Source: a virus (lineage: Duplodnaviria > Caudoviricetes). Taken from it: a DNA stretch of 30,810 nucleotides. The stretch is taken from positions 1-30,810 of IMG/VR virus record IMGVR_UViG_3300030708_000581; one strand, given 5' to 3'. This document shows, piece after piece, positions 19,318 to 26,769 of this stretch. The notes under the pieces are model-generated. The model was not told where the DNA came from and made no database searches. It saw nothing but the letters and a program-made list of their open reading frames with translations. Both the position numbers and the translations under genes were made by a program. How positions within the stretch are numbered: the stretch's first letter is position 1; each line of letters starts with the position of its first letter.

Positions 19318-20622
19318 ATGGCCAACACAATCCGGTTAAAGAAACGGGCTGCGTCGGGCTCAGCTGGAAGCCCAACAACACTCGCCCCGAGTGAAGTTGC
19401 TTTTAATGAGGCGGATCTGAAACTTTACTATGGTTTTGGTGACGATGGCGATGGGACTAGTTCGTCAATCATCACGATTGGTGGTTCTGGCGCATTTTTC
19501 AACAAGACAGACACCCGGTCTGCAAATACCATTTTGTCTGGTCCGACCACGGGTTCAGACGCTGCTCCAACATTTCGCGCTCTAGTCGCGGCTGATATTC
19601 CCAGCATTGCCCATACGAAAATCAGTGATTTTGACACTGGTGTTCAGGCAAACCGCCTTGACCAAATGGCGGCACCAACGGGCGATGTCTCGATTAACAG
19701 CAACAAGCTGACGAACGTCACTGATCCGACTTCAGCTCAGGATGCAGCAACAAAGGCTTATGTCGATGCGGTCAAGACTGGTCTAGATGTCAAAGACTCG
19801 GTGAAGGTTGCCACAACGGCAAACATCACGCTGTCTGGAACGCAAACAATTGATGGCGTTGCTGTTTCTGCTGATGAGCGTGTGCTGGTCAAGAACCAGT
19901 CCACCGGCTCAGAGAATGGCATTTATGACTGCAAGTCTGGTTCCTGGTCCCGCTCCAGCGACTTTGACGCCAACAGCGAAGTTACTGGTGGAGCGTTTGT
20001 TTTTGTTGAGCAGGGTACTGCCAACGCAGATCAAGGCTACGTTCTGACGACCGACGGTTCAATCACTGTTGGCACAACATCGCTTGCGTTTACGCAGTTC
20101 TCTGGCGCAGGAAGCATCACAGCAGGTGATGGCTTAACCAAGTCAGGCAACGAACTTTCTGCAGATCTCAAGGCCAACGGTGGTTTGGTTATTGAGTCTT
20201 CAACGATAGCGGTTGACCTTGCAGCTTCTTCAATCACTGGAACGCTTGCGATTACCGATGGTGGCACGGGTGCAACGTCTGAATCAGCAGCACGAACTGC
20301 ATTAGGTGTTGCGATTGGCAGTGATGTTCAGGCATACGATGCCGATCTGGACAATCTTTCTGGTTGCCAGACTGGCGCTTCAGCTGCTCTTGCTGCGCTG
20401 ACCTCTACAGAGGTTGCAATTCTCGATGGTGCAACAGTTACCACTGCCGAGCTGAACATTATCGATGGTGGAACGTCAGCGACATCAACCACGCTTGCTG
20501 CTGCAGATCGCATGGTGATCAACGATGCTGGAACGATGGTTCAGGTTGCATTGAGTGACCTTGTGACCTTCCTAAATGATGGAACTGCAAGTAGCTTTGA
20601 GCTCGATGGGGGCTCGTTCTGA
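19318..20622 (+). CDS. tail fibre protein with Mtd-N-like N-terminus
   Basis: MANTIRLKKR...L..SEVAFN; DPTSAQDAATKAYVD; VATTANITLSG.QTIDGV; ends LDGGSF. Confidence 0.8.
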   Translation: MANTIRLKKRAASGSAGSPTTLAPSEVAFNEADLKLYYGFGDDGDGTSSSIITIGGSGAFFNKTDTRSANTILSGPTTGSDAAPTFRALVAADIPSIAHTKISDFDTGVQANRLDQMAAPTGDVSINSNKLTNVTDPTSAQDAATKAYVDAVKTGLDVKDSVKVATTANITLSGTQTIDGVAVSADERVLVKNQSTGSENGIYDCKSGSWSRSSDFDANSEVTGGAFVFVEQGTANADQGYVLTTDGSITVGTTSLAFTQFSGAGSITAGDGLTKSGNELSADLKANGGLVIESSTIAVDLAASSITGTLAITDGGTGATSESAARTALGVAIGSDVQAYDADLDNLSGCQTGASAALAALTSTEVAILDGATVTTAELNIIDGGTSATSTTLAAADRMVINDAGTMVQVALSDLVTFLNDGTASSFELDGGSF

Positions 20623-20630
20623 GGTAACTG

Positions 20631-22880
20631 ATGGCAAACACAATCAAGCAGAAGCGTGGCACCACCGATCCTGGTGCCTCTGATCTTGTTGTAGGCGAAC
20701 TCGCCATCAATACCACTGACGGTGGTGTCTTCACCAAGACTGATGGTGGAACGGTTGTTGAGGTCGGGTCTGGTGGTGGTGGAATTGACGACGGCGATAA
20801 AGGCGACATTACTGTGTCAAACAGTGGTGCAACTTTTACCATTGATAATGGTGTCGTAAGCACTGCAAAGATTGCTGACGATGCGGTTACTGCCGCGAAG
20901 CTGGCTGACACTGCTGTAACAGCAGGAAGCTACACGGCTGCAGACATCACTGTTGATGCACAAGGTCGAATTACAGCCGCTAGTTCCGGTTCAATTAGCA
21001 CATCTGAAATTGCTGACGACGCAGTTACCGCCGCGAAATTAGCTGACACTGCTGTTACGGCTGGTAGCTATACAGCCGCAGACATTACAGTTGACGCCCA
21101 GGGTCGGATTACTGCTGCTGCTAATGGATCCGGTGGTGGTGCGTCTGCGATCGATGATCTTTCTGATGCTGTTACTTATGACAGTGGAGTCAGTGTTGGT
21201 CTTGGCACGGGTGCCTTAACTAATAGCAGTGGTACTGATCAGAACAATACGGCGCTTGGCTACAATGCTGGACTAGATTTAACTTCAGGGTCGAAAAATG
21301 TTCTTTTGGGTTATACGGCTGGTCGAGATATAACGACAGCTACCGCAAATATCGCCATCGGGGATACTCTTAACAGCTCTGCTGGTGTAACAGGTGGCTA
21401 CAACGTTGCTATTTCTGGTCATTTTTGTGGCAGGAAATTGACCACTGGAAATAACAACGTATTTATTGGTAGCAATGCCGGGGAAAAGGTAACAACTGGC
21501 GCTAGCAATGTACATATTGGCGATAACGCAGGCAATAGCGCAACCACAACGTCAGAAAATGTCTTTATAGGAAGACAAACTGCAAGATATAACACTGGAG
21601 GCCGTGGCGTCTGCCTTGGTGCCCGTGCGGGCGAGCGTGTGTCAGGCGATTACAACACGGTTATTGGCCATGAGGCTCATTACAACGTAAACCTGTCCGG
21701 CACGAATAACCTTATTCTTGGCGCTAACGCAGACGCAAGTTCAACAAGTGTTTCTAACGAAATCACGCTTGGTGATGCAAATATCACAAGCCTTCGCATC
21801 CCAGGCTTGCAGTCTGGTGCGTCTGACGGTCAGGTTCTGACTTACAACTCGACCAACGGAAACATCACCTTGGCTGATGCAGGTGGTGGTTTGTTGACGG
21901 AAGACGTGAACAATAACATTTATGGAGGGTCACACAGTTTTTCAAACCCAACTCTTACTGGTTCAGATAAAGCAGATAACAACGTTGCGATTGGCGAAAG
22001 AGTCATGATGGATATAACTGGCGGTGATAGAAACGTAGCCTTTGGGCTAAACGCCATGAAAGAAATAACAATGGGCTCCTACAATGTGGGGATTGGAGAC
22101 CACGCATGTGGAGGAAATTCAGCCGCTGCTTTTACCGGCGACGATAACGTCGCCATCGGTCGAGGAGCTTTAGATAGTGTAACTACAGGAGAAGGTAACG
22201 TAGCATTAGGCCTATCTGCTTTAGACAAATGCACTACGGGATCTTACAACATTGCTTTGGGTGAAAATTGTCTAAAAGACACAACAACCGGGGAATACAA
22301 CATTGCGATGGGAGAAGGCTCGCAAAGGTACGCAAGCGGCAGCAATAACATCAGCATGGGCTACAGAACTGCTCATAACATTAGTGGCGACAATAATACG
22401 CTGATTGGGGCCAGCATCCTTACAAGCAGCAGTGATTCTCTGTCTGGAAACGGCAACACTCTCATCGGCAGAGGTGCATCTCCTAGCAGCTCGTCTGTAA
22501 GCAACGAAATAACTTTAGGCAATTCAGGCATAAGCACGCTTCGTTGCAATCAGACATCAATTACCAGCCTTTCTGATGGACGCGACAAAATCAATGTTGC
22601 CGAACTGGGTGAAGGGCTTGATTTTGTTACACGCTTGAAGCCTGTCAAGTTTGAATGGAAAACACGCGACGGAAATATCAAGGACGGCACTTATGAGGCT
22701 GGCTTCATTGCCCAAGACCTGCAACAGCTGCAGAAAGACACTGATACCGACTATCTGAAGCTGGTTATGGATAGCAACCCAGATCGACTTGAGGCTTCTT
22801 ACGGAAAGCTCGTGCCAATTTTGGTACGTGCAATTCAGGAGCTAAAGTCTGAAGTGGAACAGCTCAAAGCAAATGCCTGA
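20631..22880 (+). CDS. receptor-binding tail fibre with C-terminal peptidase S74 intramolecular chaperone
   Basis: Mtd-N-like start, VDAQGRITAA repeats, two blocks of NxA(I/L)G beta-roll repeats, SDGRDK...LKPVKFEW...GFIAQDL and a terminal coiled coil. Confidence 0.88.
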   Translation: MANTIKQKRGTTDPGASDLVVGELAINTTDGGVFTKTDGGTVVEVGSGGGGIDDGDKGDITVSNSGATFTIDNGVVSTAKIADDAVTAAKLADTAVTAGSYTAADITVDAQGRITAASSGSISTSEIADDAVTAAKLADTAVTAGSYTAADITVDAQGRITAAANGSGGGASAIDDLSDAVTYDSGVSVGLGTGALTNSSGTDQNNTALGYNAGLDLTSGSKNVLLGYTAGRDITTATANIAIGDTLNSSAGVTGGYNVAISGHFCGRKLTTGNNNVFIGSNAGEKVTTGASNVHIGDNAGNSATTTSENVFIGRQTARYNTGGRGVCLGARAGERVSGDYNTVIGHEAHYNVNLSGTNNLILGANADASSTSVSNEITLGDANITSLRIPGLQSGASDGQVLTYNSTNGNITLADAGGGLLTEDVNNNIYGGSHSFSNPTLTGSDKADNNVAIGERVMMDITGGDRNVAFGLNAMKEITMGSYNVGIGDHACGGNSAAAFTGDDNVAIGRGALDSVTTGEGNVALGLSALDKCTTGSYNIALGENCLKDTTTGEYNIAMGEGSQRYASGSNNISMGYRTAHNISGDNNTLIGASILTSSSDSLSGNGNTLIGRGASPSSSSVSNEITLGNSGISTLRCNQTSITSLSDGRDKINVAELGEGLDFVTRLKPVKFEWKTRDGNIKDGTYEAGFIAQDLQQLQKDTDTDYLKLVMDSNPDRLEASYGKLVPILVRAIQELKSEVEQLKANA
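20871..21119 (+). repeat. two 111-nt intragenic direct repeats (20871-20981, 21009-21119)
   Basis: Both encode IADDAVTAAKLADTAVTAGSYTAADITVDAQGRITAA; period 138 nt. Confidence 0.9.
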
Positions 22881-23094
22881 CACTTTCACGGCTGATGAGA
22901 TTGCAGAGAATTACTCCGCTGCGATGGACAGCGTGAATCTGATCAATGCTCTGATGGCTCAAGACAGCCGCACCACTGAAGAGCAAGCCACGGTTGCTCG
23001 TAACGTCGAGCATCTGCAGCTAATGGTCGCCCAGGATTATTGGACGACTGAGGATCTGACGCCTTTTAACAACGCAATCACTGCTGGATCCTGA
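22873..23094 (+). CDS. putative fibre assembly chaperone
   Basis: 73 aa, acidic and helical, RNVEHL.LM...YWT..D; overlaps the fibre stop. Function inferred from position. Confidence 0.6.
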   Translation: MPDTFTADEIAENYSAAMDSVNLINALMAQDSRTTEEQATVARNVEHLQLMVAQDYWTTEDLTPFNNAITAGS

Positions 23095-23282
23095 TGCAAC
23101 GCCCTGATCCAATGATTTGCTCTAAGCCTGGGGCGGAGGATGTGATCGCCAACGCAAATCGGGTTGCTTGGATGGCCGCCTTGTTTGAGTTGGATGGGAG
23201 GGATCAGGTTAGTCACCCTATGTATGGCCTCTACACGGGCTTAGCCGCTAAATATCAGAGCTACCAGTCAACCGATGGCTAA
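23094..23282 (+). CDS. hypothetical protein
   Basis: 62 aa; TGATG coupling; LFELDGRD...HP..GLYTGL. Confidence 0.65.
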   Translation: MQRPDPMICSKPGAEDVIANANRVAWMAALFELDGRDQVSHPMYGLYTGLAAKYQSYQSTDG

Positions 23283-23397
23283 ATCTCTAAACGGCGAAAA
23301 CTTCATTTCAAAACACAATAAGCGGACCACTCAAGGTAATGGCCGAAATTCAAGGCCCAAAAGAGGGAAAAAACCTTATCGTGGCCAAGGTAAGTAA
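23275..23397 (+). CDS. 40-aa basic micro-protein ending YRGQGK
   Basis: MAKSLNGENFISKHNKRTTQGNGRNSRPKRGKKPYRGQGK; resembles small cyanophage YRGQG proteins. Not in the ORF track. Confidence 0.7.
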   Translation: MAKSLNGENFISKHNKRTTQGNGRNSRPKRGKKPYRGQGK

Positions 23398-23408
23398 CTC
23401 TCCTCACA

Positions 23409-23753
23409 ATGATCAAATCCTTTGTGACTGGTGCCGCCGCTTTTGCGGTCAGTGCATTGGCCCCCCTGTCTGTCTCCGCCGCTCCGGTTTACTTCAACCC
23501 CGAAGCTAACGTCGGGGCTGGTGAAGATGGGGTAACCGGCGCGACCGTTGACCTGCACCTGGGCGCTAAGGGTGATGGCTTCTTTGCCCAAATCGGTCCC
23601 ATGATTCAGGTTCCTGATACCGGCGACACTGAGGTGGGCGTCAGCGGTAAGGCGGGTTACAGCTTTGGCGCTGGGTACAGCGAGCTGTCTTTCACCAGCA
23701 TCGACTCCGACACCAGCTTTAATTTGAAAGTTGGCAAATCCCTCGACCTTTGA
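23409..23753 (+). CDS. small outer-membrane beta-barrel-like protein (cyanophage OMP-like)
   Basis: Signal peptide ending VSA; amphipathic strands VYFNPEANVG, TVDLHLG, FFAQIGP, VSGKAGYSF and FNLKVGKSL. Confidence 0.75.
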   Translation: MIKSFVTGAAAFAVSALAPLSVSAAPVYFNPEANVGAGEDGVTGATVDLHLGAKGDGFFAQIGPMIQVPDTGDTEVGVSGKAGYSFGAGYSELSFTSIDSDTSFNLKVGKSLDL

Positions 23754-23765
23754 GGTATAACCTAA

Positions 23766-23830
23766 GCGGAAGGGTGTTCCCCGACTCCGTTCCTCACACA
23801 GGCATGAGGCTCCCTAGCGGGGGCCTTTTG
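23766..23830 (+). ncRNA. candidate Yfr1-like small RNA
   Basis: 5' hairpin GCGGA..GGG/CCC..TCCGT, unpaired TCCTCACAC (23791-23799), then an intrinsic terminator; -10-like TATAACCT at 23756-23763. Confidence 0.65.
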
Positions 23831-23837
23831 TTTATTT
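23807..23837 (+). terminator. rho-independent terminator
   Basis: AGGCTCCC-TAGC-GGGGGCCT followed by TTTGTTTATTT. Confidence 0.85.
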
Positions 23838-23845
23838 AGGCAACC

Positions 23846-24076
23846 ATGCAGAAAATCATCAATGCTGTGGCAGCTAGCACCTTTTTGCTGGCTCTAGCAA
23901 ACACTGCGGTAATCGTGTTGGCGGTTACTCGTGGCCCCTCGATGGTCAAAAAGCACATCAACGACATCAAGCTGGAGCTGACGGAGACGCTGACTCAGAT
24001 GCTGCCGGGTGAGATTGAAGGGGCTCTGCCTGAGTTCCCGACTTCAACTGGCCCTGCAATTCCGTTTGGTCAGTAA
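23846..24076 (+). CDS. hypothetical membrane protein
   Basis: 76 aa; N-terminal hydrophobic helix; ends PEFPTSTGPAIPF. Confidence 0.7.
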   Translation: MQKIINAVAASTFLLALANTAVIVLAVTRGPSMVKKHINDIKLELTETLTQMLPGEIEGALPEFPTSTGPAIPFGQ

Positions 24077-24272
24077 ACGCAGCCAACCACTCCCGAATTT
24101 TTTGCCCGGTGGGCGTTGATTTCGGCCACCGGATAAAAGCCAATAAATTTTTGGTGTCCACAAACGATTTGGCCACTGTGCCTGATTTGCAGATATAAAC
24201 CACAGGAGGGCCCTCTCGCATTTGAATCCGCTCAATAATCAGAGACCCAGCGACGAACCGCTCTTGCTTCAT
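23967..24272 (-). CDS. hypothetical protein
   Basis: 101 aa with a globular-looking N-terminal 68 aa (WPKSTPTG..IREWL); fills the otherwise empty 24077-24270 gap. Confidence 0.55.
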   Translation of the reverse strand: MKQERFVAGSLIIERIQMREGPPVVYICKSGTVAKSFVDTKNLLAFIRWPKSTPTGQKIREWLAAFTDQTELQGQLKSGTQAEPLQSHPAASESASPSAPA

Positions 24273-24783
24273 GGATGAGATACCTGAAATTCAAATCCCT
24301 GAGCTTAATGTTGTCGTAGATCTGCCAGAAGTAGCGATACCAGATGTGCCGCCTGTGACGCTGGAGCTTGGCGTGCCAATCATCGATATGCCGTCGTTTA
24401 GTCCGTTGGATTTTGAGCCAGAAGTTGAACCAGTAAAGCCCAAGATTCCACGGATGCCAAAAAAGCCTGATCCAATAGAGGCTGTCAAAAACATCCGACT
24501 GCCTGAAAAGCCTAAGCCTGTGCCTGTGGCAGAAGTTGAGGAAAGCAAGCCGCTGGTGCAACAGGTTATTGAGGCTATCCCTACGCTGCCTCAAGCAACC
24601 ACTGTGGCGGCATCTTCTGTGATTGGTGTATCAGCAGCTCTTGCGACTCCTTTTCTGTTGAGGTTGATCAAGCCAACAGTGAAGAAGGTGGCGAAGAAAC
24701 TGCAGAAGGCGTTGGGCAAAAAACCCAAGGTTGAGTCGGTTATGGAGCGTCGGAAGTTTCAGCGGTCTTTACGACCGAAATAG
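24271..24783 (+). CDS. Pro-rich membrane-anchored hypothetical protein
   Basis: Acidic/Pro-rich N-terminal part, hydrophobic segment VAASSVIGVSAALATPFLL, basic C-terminus. Confidence 0.7.
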   Translation: MDEIPEIQIPELNVVVDLPEVAIPDVPPVTLELGVPIIDMPSFSPLDFEPEVEPVKPKIPRMPKKPDPIEAVKNIRLPEKPKPVPVAEVEESKPLVQQVIEAIPTLPQATTVAASSVIGVSAALATPFLLRLIKPTVKKVAKKLQKALGKKPKVESVMERRKFQRSLRPK

Positions 24784-25540
24784 GGTGTGTGTGGGGCGTT
24801 GGGTGATTGATCACAATATCGGCGCAAACCTTCCTGTAAGGGCTTGATTTGACGAACTGGATTCCTTTGCTTAGCAACTCACCGCATACCCGTGCACGAG
24901 AAAGTTCAAAATCCAGACGCTTGTTGGCTAGCTGTTGTTTTTGCAGATCAAGTTGCAGGTCAACAGCTTTTTTACAACGTGCCTGCAAGCCGCCATCTAG
25001 CGGGATTGTGGCCTGAATCGACAAGCCCAGATTCCAGTTGTGCTGGTCTTTCTGCCCAGTTCTGGTGTCCTTGAAGAACAGGGTGGCCCCAGGATTATCG
25101 AGACGGCCATCCTCGTCTAAATCGCTAAGGTCATACACAGGATCTTGGTAAGAATACTCGTATGGCAACCCCCATGATTTGGTGCGGTTAGCATACGGCG
25201 TAACCGTCAAAGTTGGCCCCTGGCACTGTATAGATCCCCCGTAGGTGTTTGTGATAGCGGAGCCCTGTAAAATTTGCACCGCTTGATTACTAACTGAGCC
25301 TGAACTTGTCGCCGTAGGTGATGCTGTGGCTGAAATTCCCCCTATATCGTTTGCATTTACAGGAGCGCAAAAAATTACTCCGAGAAGGAGGAAACCGTAT
25401 CTACGACGCTTGTCACCTCGGTGACTCTTTGCACCGTTGTTCTGTTGCTGAGACCTGGCCCGCGATACGTTTCCGTGAACTGGAACGATTTGGCAGGATC
25501 GACAACTGACCAGTTCGGTCGTTTTCCTAAGGATGTCCAT
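24740..25540 (-). CDS. exported protein with OEP/TolC-like strand-helix motif (start uncertain)
   Basis: Signal-like KRRRYGFLLLGVIFCAPVNA; mature GGISATASP...NQAVQILQG...CQGPTL; WNLGLSIQATIPLDGG followed by a coiled coil. Confidence 0.7.
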   Translation of the reverse strand: MDILRKTTELVSCRSCQIVPVHGNVSRARSQQQNNGAKSHRGDKRRRYGFLLLGVIFCAPVNANDIGGISATASPTATSSGSVSNQAVQILQGSAITNTYGGSIQCQGPTLTVTPYANRTKSWGLPYEYSYQDPVYDLSDLDEDGRLDNPGATLFFKDTRTGQKDQHNWNLGLSIQATIPLDGGLQARCKKAVDLQLDLQKQQLANKRLDFELSRARVCGELLSKGIQFVKSSPYRKVCADIVINHPTPHTHPISVVKTAETSDAP

Positions 25541-25767
25541 CCGTTGACGGTGGTTTCAGAAATCGGATTGATGTAGGTGTCGGCCTCTACGTTTGTCCCT
25601 GTGGCTGTGTATTCAAAGCCTGTATTAAACTCCTCGCTAACGATTGTCTCAGTTACCTTGCTGGTCGTCTCTTGATGAGACGTAAGCGTACCAGTTTTGA
25701 AATTAGGTATGACCGGCACGCTATGTGCAGCTGGCGCTAACAACAACAGCAGCAATACGGCTTTCAT
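25375..25767 (-). CDS. exported Thr/Ser-rich beta protein
   Basis: Signal peptide MKAVLLLLLLAPAAHS; VPVIPNF..G...FQFTETY.GPGL; TGATG coupling. Confidence 0.8.
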   Translation of the reverse strand: MKAVLLLLLLAPAAHSVPVIPNFKTGTLTSHQETTSKVTETIVSEEFNTGFEYTATGTNVEADTYINPISETTVNGWTSLGKRPNWSVVDPAKSFQFTETYRGPGLSNRTTVQRVTEVTSVVDTVSSFSE

Positions 25768-26273
25768 CAGTTAGCAGTGATTGACGTCACCACTTGACCA
25801 ACGGCCTGAGTCCCGGCCCCGCCTGCGGTTATAGCGAGAGAATGGCCTGAATCGATTGTTCCGGCTAGGGAGCCCGCGACTCCTCCACTCTGAACAACGT
25901 TGATGCCAAGCAATGGCAGTGAACCAGCAACACCGCTGGTGATGGTCACAGTCGAAGGCGTGTCATCACCTTCCATGTAGGTCTCGCTGAAGCTCCAGCT
26001 GCCAGTACCGGACAGTGTTGGAACGGTCCCGGTGTAATCAACAGCTGAACCGCTAGTCAAATCGTCAAGGCTGCCGATCTGGTTTGCAGTGCCACCAGAG
26101 GAAACACTGACGCCCATGCCGCTGACGCTGTAGGAGCTGCCAACACGAGTGGCAGAGGTTGCAGCACCATCCACGGCCAGGCTGACCGAACTCTGGATCT
26201 TATGCGTGATGTCCGCCTTAGCAGGCAAGGCAGCCGCCAATGTGATGCCCAATACCAAAAGTGCGCGGGTCAT
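25767..26273 (-). CDS. exported Ser/Gly/Thr-rich beta protein
   Basis: Signal peptide ending AKA; DITHKIQSSVSL.VD...WSFSETYMEGD...TAGGAGT.A.GQ; ATGA coupling. Confidence 0.8.
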   Translation of the reverse strand: MTRALLVLGITLAAALPAKADITHKIQSSVSLAVDGAATSATRVGSSYSVSGMGVSVSSGGTANQIGSLDDLTSGSAVDYTGTVPTLSGTGSWSFSETYMEGDDTPSTVTITSGVAGSLPLLGINVVQSGGVAGSLAGTIDSGHSLAITAGGAGTQAVGQVVTSITAN

Positions 26274-26551
26274 TTGATGCCGGAGCGAGTGTGGCTGTTA
26301 TCTACGTTAACTCCATTGTCTTCCTTCTTTTTCTTACCAAGTTTCCCCAAGGCTGGCGTGTAAGTCGCCGCCGTCCCTGTCAACAAGCTGGCCGGGAAAG
26401 TTGGATCCACAGACTGCGAAAAGATCCCCAGATAATTCGCTGTGAGGATACCCATCGACCACAGCAGGATGGTCACGCGGACGACATCACCTAGCCATGA
26501 GTGCTGTTGATCATCCTGTTCTTCCGGCTTGGTTTGCGGTGTTTCTGCCAT
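26270..26551 (-). CDS. small membrane protein with two hydrophobic segments
   Basis: VVRVTILLWSMGILTANYLGIF and DPTFPASLLTGTAATY; basic KKKK tail; first gene of the inverted cluster. Confidence 0.75.
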   Translation of the reverse strand: MAETPQTKPEEQDDQQHSWLGDVVRVTILLWSMGILTANYLGIFSQSVDPTFPASLLTGTAATYTPALGKLGKKKKEDNGVNVDNSHTRSGIK

Positions 26552-26595
26552 AGCGCAACAGAGCTACGCTTTAAGGGTAACGATCAGGCCTAACC

Positions 26596-26769
26596 ATGCT
26601 GCTTCTGATCCGCCCAATCCTGTTTCGGTTCTTGCAATCGGAGGGGGTCAAAAAACTTGTGATGGATCTTTTGGAGGCTTATTGCGCTTCGACTGACAAC
26701 ACCATCGACGACCAAGTGTGCGCCTATGTGCGGTCGAACCTGTATCCGGAGACGAGAGTTGAAAAATGA
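26596..26769 (+). CDS. 57-aa holin-like/lysis-associated protein
   Basis: MLLLIRPILFRFLQSEGVKKLVMDLLEAYCASTDNTIDDQV...; the TDNTIDD motif is typical of small cyanophage proteins. Not in the ORF track. Confidence 0.7.
   Translation: MLLLIRPILFRFLQSEGVKKLVMDLLEAYCASTDNTIDDQVCAYVRSNLYPETRVEK

Noticed and set aside
19318-22880. Diversity-generating retroelement suggested by Mtd-N-like domains and repeats
   Set aside because: No reverse transcriptase is present in the window; repeat differences are synonymous and not adenine-specific.
26441-26448. TGTGAGGA, complement of the Yfr1-like seed
   Set aside because: It is on the non-coding strand of a minus-strand gene and mid-CDS, so the mRNA is not a target; probably chance.
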